Notes under the pieces: generated by a model
The model's database searches: none
Seen by the model: only the letters and a program-made list of their open reading frames with translations
What the model was told of the DNA's origin: nothing
Position numbers and translations under genes: made by a program
Shown: piece by piece, positions 9,181 to 18,657 of the stretch
Layout: the number at the start of each line of letters is the position of its first letter
Numbering within the stretch: the stretch's first letter is position 1
Assembly: GCA_040901675.1 (NCBI GenBank)
Contig: JBBDYJ010000010.1
Span: 202,599-266,598 of the forward strand
Length of the DNA: 64,000 nucleotides
DNA from: Pirellulales bacterium
Lineage (GTDB): Bacteria > Planctomycetota > Planctomycetia > Pirellulales > JAICIG01
Direction of reading: 5' to 3'

Positions 9181-12100
9181 ATGCCCCGCCGCCTGACCCA
9201 CCTTCTGCGCGGTCTGCCAGCCGCATGGCTGGCGGCGGCTCTCGTCTGGGCGGTAGCCGCGCCGGCACGGGCCGACGAGCCACCGGGCCGGCCGTCGCCC
9301 GAGGCAGAGGCCGAGCGGGCCGAGCAGATCGCCTGGTTCGAGCGGAACATCCGGCCGCTGCTGATCGCCAACTGCCACAAGTGCCACGGCCCGGATGAAC
9401 AAAAGGGAGGGCTGCGGCTCGATTCGCGGGCCGCGGTTCTGGCCGGCGGCGATTCGGGACCGGCCGTCGTTCCTGGCCGGCCGGACGAAGGGTACCTGTT
9501 CGGGGCCGTCTCGTACGGCGACGTCTACCAGATGCCGCCGACGGGCAAGCTGCCGGACGAGGCGATCGAGCTGGTGCGGCGCTGGATTGAGATCGGCGCG
9601 CCGTGGCCCGACGAAGGCGACCAACCGGACAACGAGATCACCGCGGGCGGCTTTGACCTGGCAGAGCGGGCGCGCCACTGGTCGTTCCAGCCGCTGGTCC
9701 ACCACGCGCCGCCGCAGGCCGATGGCGACGATGGCGGTTGGGTCACCAGCCCGGTCGACCGTTTTATTCTGGCTCGGCTGGAGCAGGCAGGCCTTGCACC
9801 GGCCCGGCCGGCCGACAAGCGCACCTTGCTGCGGCGCGTGACGTACGACTTGACGGGTCTGCCGCCCACACCTGCCGAGCTCGATGCTTTCCTGGCGGAT
9901 GCGTCCGACGAGGCGTTCAGCCGCGCCGTGGACCGCTTGTTGGCGTCGCCCGCTTACGCCGAGCGTTGGGCCCGGCACTGGCTCGACCTGGTCCGCTATG
10001 CCGAAACGGCCGGGCACGAGTTCGATTTCGACCTGCCCGACGCCTACCGCTACCGGGATTACGTGATCCGGGCCTTCCACGAAGATCTGCCCTATGACCA
10101 GTTCGTGATCGAGCACGTGGCCGGCGACCTGCTCGAGCAGCCGCGCCGGCACGCCACCGAAAGATTCAACGAGTCGATTATCGCCACCGGGTTCTTCTTT
10201 CTGGGCGAGTCGAAGCACGCTCCGGTCGACGTCCGCGAAGACGAGGCGGCCCGCATCGACAACCAGATCGACGTGTTTTCCAAGACCTTCCTGGGGCTGG
10301 GCGTCAGTTGCGCCCGCTGCCACGACCACAAGTTCGACGCCATCTCGACCAAAGACTACTACGCGCTGGCCGGCTACTTGCAGAGCTCGCGGCCTCAGCA
10401 GGCCTTCATCGACGATCCGGCCCTGATCATTCAAGCCGTGGAGCAACTGCAAGCGCTCGACGATCGCAATGCGGACGTTCTGGCGAAAGCCGTCTCGCGC
10501 CGCCTGTCCCGCGGCATCGAAGCCGCCGGTGAACTCTTGTCCGCCTCGTTGAGTAGCCCTCATCCCGGCGCGCCGGGACGTGAGGCAACTGCATCGTCGC
10601 TGTCCGCGGCCAGCGAAACCGGCAGCCCGGCGGCGCCCAATAGCGGGCGGGCCATTCTCGACGAAGCGGCCTCGCGTCCCGCACACTTATTGCACCCCTG
10701 GGCCGTGTTGAGCAGGCTGGCGGATGCATCGCCCCAGCAATTCAGCCAGGCGCGCGAAGACCTGGTGGCCCGATTGCGGGGGTTGCGGGCCGCCGGCGAT
10801 CAATTGCCGGCCGGCGCAATCGTGTTTGCCGACTTCGACCAGGCGAGCTATGAAGATTGGGTTGTCACGGGGCAGGCCTTTGCGGCCAGGCGCACCGCGA
10901 TCCTGTCTCCTCGCCTCTTCAGCCGGCCGGAGGGGATAGCGATTCGCTTCATCGAGCCGGGCATGGCGCACAGCGGCCGATTGGCCGGCAAGCTCGAAGG
11001 TGTATTGCGGTCGCCGACGTTTACGATCGAGAAAAGCCACGTCTGGTACCGCATGGTGGGCCGGCAGGCACGAGTCAACCTGATCATCGATGGCTTCCAG
11101 CGGATCATGCCTCCGATCTACGGCGGGTTGACGATCGCACTGGACGGCGACGAGTCGGCCTGGCATGCCATGGACGTCAGCATGTGGCTGGACCATCGCG
11201 CCTACGTCGAGGTCCAAGACCTGGGAGAAGGATATGCGGCTCTCGATAGGGTTGTGTTTGCTGACGGCACGCCGCCCGGCGACAGCCCTAATGCGCTCAT
11301 CGTGTCGATGCTCGAAGACACGGGCCTGACGTCGCCCGATGCACTGGCCGGCACCTACGTGGCGCTTTTTGGCGAGTCGGTGCGCCGCTGGACTTCGGGC
11401 GAGGCCCGGTCGCAGGCCTTTGCCGAAGCAAGCCAGCATGCCGCCGTATGGAACTTGTTGCTCGAGCTCGGCCAGGCAGAGCTCGATGATCCGGCTGCCG
11501 TTGCCGAGGACGACGAGAGCACCAGAGCGCTGGCCGCCTATGCCCGCGAGCGGGCCGAGTTGGAGGCGGCCATCCCCGTTTCGCGGCGTGCCTTGGCCAT
11601 GGCCGACGGCACCGGCGAGAACGAGCGGGTCTTCATCCGCGGCAACCACGGAACGCTGGGTGAGGAAGTGCCGCGCCGCTTTCTCGAAGCATTGGGCGGC
11701 CACGAGCAACCGCCGCCCAATGGCAGCGGCCGTTTGGAGTTGGCGCGGCGGATGGTCGACCCGAACAAGAATCCCCTTTTGCCCAGGGTGATCGTCAACC
11801 GGCTCTGGAAACACCATTTCGGCCTGGGCCTGGTGGCCACGCCCGACGATTTTGGCCGCATGGGTCAGGAGCCCTCGCACCCCGAGCTGCTGGACTGGCT
11901 GGCCGCCGAGCTGGTCAGCAATAACTGGTCGCTGAAGAAGCTGCACCGGCTGATGCTGCTCTCCAGCACGTACCAGATGTCGAGCATGCCCGAGGCCGGC
12001 TCGATCGGTGCCGACCCGGCCAACCGCTTGCTGCACTCGATGCGCGTCCGGCGGTTGGAGGCGGAGGCGGTCCGCGACGCGATGCTGGCCGTTTCCGGCC

Positions 12101-12597
12101 GCTTGGACCGGTCGCTCTACGGGCCCAGCGTCGCACCGCACTTGACGCCATTCATGAGCGGCCGGGGCCGGCCGGACGAGTCGGGGCCGATCGACGGCGC
12201 GGGGCGCCGCAGCATCTACATCAATCTCCGCCGCAACTTTTTGCCCCCGATGTTTTTGGCCTTCGATTTTCCGCAGCCCTTTACCACAATCGGCCGCCGC
12301 AGCACGTCGAACGTGCCCGCCCAGGCCTTGTGCTTGTTGAACAACCCCTTCGTCGTCGAGCAGGCGGCCGCCTGGGCCCAGCGCGTGATTGCGGAATCCG
12401 CCGACCCGGCCGACCGTATTTCCAGGATGTACCAGCAGGCTTTTGGCCGGTTGCCCGATGAAGCGGAGATCGACTTGACCCGGTCGTTCGTCGACGAGCA
12501 GTCGCGGCGATACGGCGACGATGGCGCCGGGCAAAAAGCCTGGAGCGACTTGGCCCACGTGCTATTCAACGCCAAAGAATTTATCTTTATCGAGTAG
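9181..12597 (+). CDS. Planctomycete cytochrome c + DUF1549 + DUF1553 protein
   Basis: CHKCH, HWSFQP, ERWARHWLDLVRYAE, CARCHDHKFD, PSHPELLDWLA, PAQALCLLN. Confidence 0.95.
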   Translation: MPRRLTHLLRGLPAAWLAAALVWAVAAPARADEPPGRPSPEAEAERAEQIAWFERNIRPLLIANCHKCHGPDEQKGGLRLDSRAAVLAGGDSGPAVVPGRPDEGYLFGAVSYGDVYQMPPTGKLPDEAIELVRRWIEIGAPWPDEGDQPDNEITAGGFDLAERARHWSFQPLVHHAPPQADGDDGGWVTSPVDRFILARLEQAGLAPARPADKRTLLRRVTYDLTGLPPTPAELDAFLADASDEAFSRAVDRLLASPAYAERWARHWLDLVRYAETAGHEFDFDLPDAYRYRDYVIRAFHEDLPYDQFVIEHVAGDLLEQPRRHATERFNESIIATGFFFLGESKHAPVDVREDEAARIDNQIDVFSKTFLGLGVSCARCHDHKFDAISTKDYYALAGYLQSSRPQQAFIDDPALIIQAVEQLQALDDRNADVLAKAVSRRLSRGIEAAGELLSASLSSPHPGAPGREATASSLSAASETGSPAAPNSGRAILDEAASRPAHLLHPWAVLSRLADASPQQFSQAREDLVARLRGLRAAGDQLPAGAIVFADFDQASYEDWVVTGQAFAARRTAILSPRLFSRPEGIAIRFIEPGMAHSGRLAGKLEGVLRSPTFTIEKSHVWYRMVGRQARVNLIIDGFQRIMPPIYGGLTIALDGDESAWHAMDVSMWLDHRAYVEVQDLGEGYAALDRVVFADGTPPGDSPNALIVSMLEDTGLTSPDALAGTYVALFGESVRRWTSGEARSQAFAEASQHAAVWNLLLELGQAELDDPAAVAEDDESTRALAAYARERAELEAAIPVSRRALAMADGTGENERVFIRGNHGTLGEEVPRRFLEALGGHEQPPPNGSGRLELARRMVDPNKNPLLPRVIVNRLWKHHFGLGLVATPDDFGRMGQEPSHPELLDWLAAELVSNNWSLKKLHRLMLLSSTYQMSSMPEAGSIGADPANRLLHSMRVRRLEAEAVRDAMLAVSGRLDRSLYGPSVAPHLTPFMSGRGRPDESGPIDGAGRRSIYINLRRNFLPPMFLAFDFPQPFTTIGRRSTSNVPAQALCLLNNPFVVEQAAAWAQRVIAESADPADRISRMYQQAFGRLPDEAEIDLTRSFVDEQSRRYGDDGAGQKAWSDLAHVLFNAKEFIFIE

Positions 12598-12634
12598 AGC
12601 CGGCCTAACGCCCATGATGTTGGATTGACCCCGG

Positions 12635-14050
12635 ATGCACTGCCGCAACTTTATTGCTCCGCCCTTGTCGCGCCGCCAGATGCTGGCCCGCTGCGCCAAC
12701 GGCTTCGGCGCGGTGGCGCTGGCCGCCCTGGCCCAGCCGCCCGCATCGGGTGCGGCCGCGGAAGCGGGTCCGTTTGCTCCCCGGCCGGCCCATTTCGCGG
12801 CACGAGCCAGGCAGGTGATTTTCCTGTTCATGGACGGCGGGCCCAGCCAGGTCGACAGCTTCGATCCCAAGCCGCGGTTGGCCAAAGAGCACGGCCAGCC
12901 GATCAAGATGAAGACGCCCCCCACGCAGTTCAACAACGTGGGCACCGTGATGCAGAGTCCCTGGGCGTTCCGCCAGCACGGCCAGAGCGGCATCCCGGTC
13001 AGCGACCTGTTCCCGCACGTGGCGACGTGCGTGGACGACATGGCGGTGGTGCGCTCGATGGTGGCCGATTTTTCGGAGCACACCAACGCCAACTACTTCC
13101 TGCACTCGGGGCACGGCCAGCAGGGGCGTCCCAGCATGGGTTCGTGGGTCACGTATGGCTTGGGCAGCGAGTGCCAGGAGCTGCCCGGTTTCGTCGTGCT
13201 CGACAGCGGCATGATCCCGCCCGGCGGACTCGACTGTTTCAACAATGGTTTTCTGCCTGCCACGTACCAGGGCTCGATGTTCCAGCGCGGCGCCGGCGCC
13301 GTGGCCGACGTGGCTCCCAGCGAGCCGAGCCGCGACTTGCAGGATGCCAAGCTCGCGCTGTTGGGCCGGCTCGACCAGCGGCTGCTGGGGCGGCGCGGCG
13401 ACGACGCCCTCGAGTCGGCCATTGCCAACTACGAGCTGGCGGCCCGCATGCAGACGGCGGTGCCGAACCTGGTCGACCTGAGCGGCGAATCGCGGGCCAC
13501 TCGTGCCTTGTACGGCCTGGACGACGCGGCCACGGAGCTGTTCGGCGGGCAGTGCCTGCTGGCTCGGCGGCTGGTGGAGCGCGGGGTGCGGTTCGTCGAG
13601 GTGCTCTGCCCCAAGGTCCCCGGCGACCGGTGGGACCAGCACTCCGCGCTGAAGGAAGGGCACGAGAACAACGCCCGCGCCACCGACAAGCCTGTGGCAG
13701 GGTTGCTGAAGGACCTCAAGGCGCGTGGTCTTTTGGAAGAGACGCTTGTCGTCTGGGCCGGCGAGTTCGGCCGCACGCCGATGGCCCAGGGGAGCGACGG
13801 CCGCGACCACAACCCATTCGGCTTCAGCATCTGGCTGGCCGGCGGCGGCGTGAAGGGTGGCACGATTTACGGCGCCACCGACGACTACGGCTATTTTGCG
13901 ATCGAGAACAAGGTCCACATGCACGACCTGCACGCCACGATCTTGCACCTGTTGGGTCTCGACCACACCCGGCTCACCTACCGTTTCAGCGGCCGCGACA
14001 TGCGTCTGACCGACGTCCACGGCGAGATCGTCCGCGGCATTTTGGCGTAG
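12635..14050 (+). CDS. DUF1501 family protein (Tat)
   Basis: LSRRQML; FLFMDGGPSQVDSFDPKP; GEFGRTP; GRDHNP; LTDVHG. Confidence 0.95.
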   Translation: MHCRNFIAPPLSRRQMLARCANGFGAVALAALAQPPASGAAAEAGPFAPRPAHFAARARQVIFLFMDGGPSQVDSFDPKPRLAKEHGQPIKMKTPPTQFNNVGTVMQSPWAFRQHGQSGIPVSDLFPHVATCVDDMAVVRSMVADFSEHTNANYFLHSGHGQQGRPSMGSWVTYGLGSECQELPGFVVLDSGMIPPGGLDCFNNGFLPATYQGSMFQRGAGAVADVAPSEPSRDLQDAKLALLGRLDQRLLGRRGDDALESAIANYELAARMQTAVPNLVDLSGESRATRALYGLDDAATELFGGQCLLARRLVERGVRFVEVLCPKVPGDRWDQHSALKEGHENNARATDKPVAGLLKDLKARGLLEETLVVWAGEFGRTPMAQGSDGRDHNPFGFSIWLAGGGVKGGTIYGATDDYGYFAIENKVHMHDLHATILHLLGLDHTRLTYRFSGRDMRLTDVHGEIVRGILA

Positions 14051-14214
14051 CGGGTCAGCGGCATTCTCGGCCGCCTTTGCTCGTAGACGACTGTCCGCAC
14101 GGGGACGTGCCCAAGTGCCTGGAAATCCTTCCGAGTCACGGGCCCCATGTCAGTCCGAGTTACTCCAAGTCAGAAGCACCAGGATGACTATTTTGAAGTG
14201 GAGAAATTTATCAC

Positions 14215-14252
14215 TGGAAATACAGCACTAACGACGATATAATTTCTGTATT
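14215..14252 (+). promoter_or_regulatory. sigma70-like promoter overlapped by inverted repeat (possible operator)
   Basis: TGGAAA-N17-TATAAT(14238); AATACAG (14219) / CTGTATT (14246) flank the -10. Confidence 0.5.
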
Positions 14253-14282
14253 CAAGAACTAGGCACCGGTTGGGTTCGGTAC

Positions 14283-15392
14283 ATGGACCTTTCTGAAAAG
14301 CTGAGAATGACGCGGACGGCGCTCAGGCTGACGCTGGAAGCGGTCAGCCAGCGGTCGGGCATCGGCGTTTCCACGCTGTCCGAGTTCGAGAACGGGCGGC
14401 GGGAGCCACGCCTGGCCCAACTCAAGCGACTGGCCGATGCCTACCACCGCACGCTGGCCTTCTTCCTCGAAGACCAGCCGCAGCCGTCGGAGTGCGTCCT
14501 CTGGCGACAGCGCCCGGGGTCGCCGAGCGCCGAGGAGCTGCAGGCTACGCTGCTTGATCTGGCTGAGAAGTACCACGCCCTGGAGGCGCTCTGCCAGCAG
14601 CAAACGGTCTTCGAGCTGCCGTCGGTGTCGGCCGCCGCCGAGCGGTTCGACTACCCGGCTGCCGCCGCTCTCGCCCGCCGAGTGCGGAACGAGCTCGGTT
14701 TGGGCGACCGGCCAGGACAATCGCTTCTGAGAGTGCTCGAAGAGGTCTCGAACGTCCGGGTATTCCATCTCGATTTCGAGCCCAGCGGAAGTGCCGCTTG
14801 CACGGTTTCAGAGCGGTTCGGAGCGGCCATCCTTCTCAACTCGAAGAACGTCCGTTGGCGACGAAACTTCGACCTCGCCCACGAGCTATTCCATCTGCTC
14901 ACGTGGAAGGTGTTCCGTCAGCAGGGCGCCCAACAAGCGGAGACGCCCTCGGAGCACGAAGAGAAACTGGCCACCTGCTTCGCCCGCAACCTGTTGATGC
15001 CCGAAGAGGTCTTCCGAGAAGCGGTCGATACACATCGGGCCGGAACGGGCACGCTCGGCTTTGACGGGCTGTTTGAAGTCGCCAGGGAGTTCGATGTGTC
15101 GGTCGAGGCGGTTGTGTGGCAGCTCGGCTTCGTTTACAACATCCGGCCCGAGAAGCTCCAGCCGACCATGGCGGCGCTGCGGGAGCAGATCAACTCTTGG
15201 GATGTGCGCGGGAAGGACACGCCGCCTCGCAGGCCGCTTCGATTCGAGGCGCTCGCTCGACAAGCCCTTCGAAAGGGGCTGCTCTCGACTGGAAAGTACG
15301 CCGAATACGTCGGCATCACGCGGCGGGAGGCCATGAGGCTCGTCGAGCAGGAAGCCACTGAAGATGTCCAGATTGAGGTTGCTCATCCTTGA
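14283..15392 (+). CDS. XRE-HTH + ImmA/IrrE (DUF955) zinc metallopeptidase
   Basis: HTH STLSEFENGRREP; RRNFDLAHELFH (HExxH); EKLATCFARNLLMP. Confidence 0.92.
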   Translation: MDLSEKLRMTRTALRLTLEAVSQRSGIGVSTLSEFENGRREPRLAQLKRLADAYHRTLAFFLEDQPQPSECVLWRQRPGSPSAEELQATLLDLAEKYHALEALCQQQTVFELPSVSAAAERFDYPAAAALARRVRNELGLGDRPGQSLLRVLEEVSNVRVFHLDFEPSGSAACTVSERFGAAILLNSKNVRWRRNFDLAHELFHLLTWKVFRQQGAQQAETPSEHEEKLATCFARNLLMPEEVFREAVDTHRAGTGTLGFDGLFEVAREFDVSVEAVVWQLGFVYNIRPEKLQPTMAALREQINSWDVRGKDTPPRRPLRFEALARQALRKGLLSTGKYAEYVGITRREAMRLVEQEATEDVQIEVAHP

Positions 15393-15619
15393 CGCCAACG
15401 CGAGAGCAATTCGTGATCTCTTCCGGTGACGCCATCGTGTACCGCGTGCTTGGGCGGCTCAATCGCAGCGACCAAGGCACCTCGCTTGAAGAGATTCTGA
15501 GGCAAGTCGGTCTCCAGCGTGGTCAGCTTCCCTGGTCGTGCACGAAGACCTTCCGAGAGCGGTACACAAAGGAAGGCGAGGTAGATGCCATCCAGGGAAC
15601 CGGCCTCAAGAAGAAGTGA
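15364..15619 (+). pseudogene. PIN-like partner gene with internal deletion/frameshift
   Basis: MSRLRLLILDAN begins at 15364 and hits a stop after 21 codons; a PIN-like C-terminus (ISSGDAIVYRVLG...SLEEIL) continues in another frame from ~15401. Confidence 0.7.
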
Positions 15620-15679
15620 CCGCACCCGCTTCGCGTGCGGTTCGTCGAGGTGGGGTCCTCACGCAAAAGAACCGTCCGC

Positions 15680-16207
15680 CTACTCTTCGTCGTCAGGATA
15701 CTGGGGCGGGCTCTTGCCGAGTTTCTTCGTTACCTTGGGATACTTCCCGCTGGGAACCTTTTCCTCGATGGAGGTGACGTCGATCTGGTGCCACCAATCG
15801 TCGCCGAAGTCGAACCAGTAGAGGAAACTGCGGCCCATTTCGAGCCGCAACGAGTCGAGAGTGGCCTGGTCCACCCGCCCGGCCGGCCGTTTCTCGCGGC
15901 CCATGTCCATCTGCAAGGCATTGGGCAGCACGTACGTCGCTGCCCTGGGGTCCATCGGCCCCTCGCCGAATTGAAACTCGTACATGTGCTCGTCCCACCT
16001 GTCGAAGGCGCTGAAGATGGCCTGATGAAGCTGCTCGAGGGTCTGGTCGCCGCGAATCTGGATGGTCCGACAGACCTTCGGGTTCTTCTTGGCGACCTTC
16101 CTGGTAATCGGCGCCGTGAGCAGGAAGACCTCCAAGGTGTACATCCGCATGTTTTCCTGGGCGGCAGGCTCGCGGAGTTTGACCGGCGACTCGCTTTTCC
16201 GTGGCAT
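15680..16207 (-). CDS. Plasmid pRiA4b ORF3-like family protein
   Basis: RTIQIRGDQTLEQLHQAI...HMYEF...YWFDFGDDWWHQI; AAGGAG RBS before ATG 16207. Confidence 0.88.
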   Translation of the reverse strand: MPRKSESPVKLREPAAQENMRMYTLEVFLLTAPITRKVAKKNPKVCRTIQIRGDQTLEQLHQAIFSAFDRWDEHMYEFQFGEGPMDPRAATYVLPNALQMDMGREKRPAGRVDQATLDSLRLEMGRSFLYWFDFGDDWWHQIDVTSIEEKVPSGKYPKVTKKLGKSPPQYPDDEE

Positions 16208-16418
16208 TCTTGGCTCCTTTCCGGACTCGGGGCGTTTCGTTCTTGCCACCGGCCTTAACGTGCCGGCCTGCTTTGCCGGCGACCGCTCCGGCCGACGCAT
16301 GTGAATCCTTGCCGACCGCAATTAGACCGGCGCGGCATATAGCGGACAAGACGCGGGAAGGCAGAAAGAAGACCCACCATTCTGGCGAATCCGGCTACCA
16401 AGCAGATAAGATAGGGCC

Positions 16419-18644
16419 ATGAACCGCACGTTCGTCCTGGCCACTGTGGCCGCCATCTTGATTTGCCTCGCGCCGTCTTGGCCTGTTGTGGCAGGCGAGA
16501 TGGGCAACTCCGTTGCGGCCTCGGCAACACGCGGCGAGCCGATCGACTTCGCCCGCCAGGTGGCGCCGATCCTGACGCGCAAGTGTCACGGCTGCCACGG
16601 AACGAACCGGCAGGAAGGAGGCCTGCGGCTCGATTTCGAAGCGGCCGCCCGCCAAGGCGGAGATTCGGGGGCCGCGATCCTGCCGGGCAATAGCCGCAAA
16701 AGCCGCCTGGTCCGCCTGGTGTCCGGCCTGGAAGAGAGGCTCGTCATGCCGCCGGAAGGAGACGGGCTGAGTGGCTCGGAAATCGAGCTGCTCGCGGCCT
16801 GGATCGACCAGGGCGCGCAGTGGTCCGAGGATGCGGGCGGCCCGGTCCGCGCGGCGGCGGACCACTGGTCGTTTCGCCCCATTCGGCGCCCTTCGCCGCC
16901 GGCGGTGACGCGCGAGGGGTGGGTCCGCAACTCGATCGATGCTTTCGTGCTCGCGCGGCTGGAGCCGGCCGGCATGCCGCCGGCCGCCGAGGCCGACCGC
17001 TACACGCTGATCCGCCGGCTGAGCCTCGACCTGCACGGGTTGCCCCCCTCGCCGGCCGACGTCGAGGCGTTTGTCGCCGACACGCACAGCGACGCCTACG
17101 ACCGGCTGGCCGACCGTTTGCTGGCGTCGCCCCATTTCGGCGAGCGCTGGGGAAGGCACTGGCTCGACCTGGCCCGCTATGCCGACAGCAACGGATACGA
17201 CAACGACGAGCCGCGCCCGAGTGCCTGGCGCTACCGCGATTGGGTCATCGACGCCTTCAACCGCGATCTGCCCTTCGACCGCTTCACGCTCGAGCAACTG
17301 GCGGGCGACCTGCTGCCGGCCGCCACGTTCGAGCAGAAGTTGGCCACCGGCTTTCATCGCAACACGCCCACCAATACCGAAGGGGGCGTCGACCGCGAGG
17401 AGTTTCGCGTCAAGACCGTCGTCGACCGCCTGAACACGACCGGCACGGTCTGGCTGGGACTCACGGTCGGCTGCGCCGAGTGCCACAGCCACAAGTACGA
17501 TCCACTCTCACAGCGCGAGTATTACGGCCTGCTGACGTTCTTCAACAGCGCGGACGAAGTCGTCATCGAGGGGCCGGACGGCGCCAAGGCGGAGGTGCTG
17601 GCCCGCTCGCCTACGCCGCGGGCCACGCGGATTCACCTGCGCGGCGATTTTCTCAACCCGGGCGACAAGGTGCGGCCGCACACGCCGGCCGTGCTGCACT
17701 CGTTTTCGCCCTTTCCTTTGCAAAGCGATCGGCGGCAGCTCGCCCGCTGGCTCACGGCGCCGGAAAACCCGCTGACCGCCCGCGTGGCCGCGAACCGCAT
17801 TTGGCAGCACCTGTTCGGCCGCGGCCTGGTGGCGACGGTCGACGATTTTGGCACGCAAGGCCAGCCGCCCACCCATCCGGAGCTGTTGGACTGGCTGGCC
17901 AGTGAACTGGTCGACCGCCGCTGGAGCCAAAAGCAACTGATCAAGCTGATCGTCATGTCGGCCACGTACCGGCAAGCATCGACTGGAGATCCGGACAGGG
18001 CCGCAAGCGACCCGGAAAACCTGCTCCTGGCCCGGCAGAATCCGTGGCGGGTCGAGGCGGAGGTCGTCCGCGATCTGGCGCTGGGGGCCAGCGGCCTTTT
18101 GAGTCCGCGCGTGGGCGGGCCAAGCTTCTATCCGGCGCTGCCCGAAGGGGCCGACAAGGATCCGCGCTGGCAGGCCAGCCCGGCCGGCGAGCAGCACCGG
18201 CGCGGCATGTACATCTTCACCCAGCGGACGACTCCCTATCCAATGCTGGTTCAGTTCGATGCGCCCGACTCGCACGTCGCCTGCACGCGCCGCGACCGCT
18301 CGAACACGCCGCTACAGGCCCTGACGCTGCTCAACGACCCATTGTTTTTCGAGTCCGCGCAGGCCCTGGCCGAGCGCGTCTGGGTTGAGTGTGCGGGCGA
18401 CACCCGCGCGCGGATCGACTATGCCTTTCGCCTCTGCCTCGCGCGGCCGCCAAACCAGCAAGAGAGCGACCGCCTGGCAACCCTGTTCGTCGAGCAGACT
18501 CAACTCTGCCAGGCGGATAGCCAGGCGGCCCAGGCACTGGCCGGGGATCGGACGCTGCAAGGAGCAAGCCTGGCGGAGGCGGCCGCCTGGGTCGGCCTGT
18601 GCCGCACGTTGTTGAACCTGGACGAGTTGGTGACACGGCGCTGA
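16419..18644 (+). CDS. Planctomycete cytochrome c + DUF1549 + DUF1553 protein
   Basis: CHGCH, GERWGRHWLDLARYADS, CAECHSHKYDP, HPELLDWLA, SNTPLQALTLLN. Confidence 0.95.
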   Translation: MNRTFVLATVAAILICLAPSWPVVAGEMGNSVAASATRGEPIDFARQVAPILTRKCHGCHGTNRQEGGLRLDFEAAARQGGDSGAAILPGNSRKSRLVRLVSGLEERLVMPPEGDGLSGSEIELLAAWIDQGAQWSEDAGGPVRAAADHWSFRPIRRPSPPAVTREGWVRNSIDAFVLARLEPAGMPPAAEADRYTLIRRLSLDLHGLPPSPADVEAFVADTHSDAYDRLADRLLASPHFGERWGRHWLDLARYADSNGYDNDEPRPSAWRYRDWVIDAFNRDLPFDRFTLEQLAGDLLPAATFEQKLATGFHRNTPTNTEGGVDREEFRVKTVVDRLNTTGTVWLGLTVGCAECHSHKYDPLSQREYYGLLTFFNSADEVVIEGPDGAKAEVLARSPTPRATRIHLRGDFLNPGDKVRPHTPAVLHSFSPFPLQSDRRQLARWLTAPENPLTARVAANRIWQHLFGRGLVATVDDFGTQGQPPTHPELLDWLASELVDRRWSQKQLIKLIVMSATYRQASTGDPDRAASDPENLLLARQNPWRVEAEVVRDLALGASGLLSPRVGGPSFYPALPEGADKDPRWQASPAGEQHRRGMYIFTQRTTPYPMLVQFDAPDSHVACTRRDRSNTPLQALTLLNDPLFFESAQALAERVWVECAGDTRARIDYAFRLCLARPPNQQESDRLATLFVEQTQLCQADSQAAQALAGDRTLQGASLAEAAAWVGLCRTLLNLDELVTRR

Positions 18645-18657
18645 ACGGTGAACAACA

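Noticed and set aside
10687..14020. Long antisense ORFs (also 25794-27692, 29686-31746, 57576-59687)
   Set aside because: Shadow ORFs expected in high-GC DNA opposite clearly recognisable genes
14050..14150. Minus-strand VTRKDFQALGHV as a HEPN-toxin N-terminal remnant
   Set aside because: Too short and degenerate to support by eye
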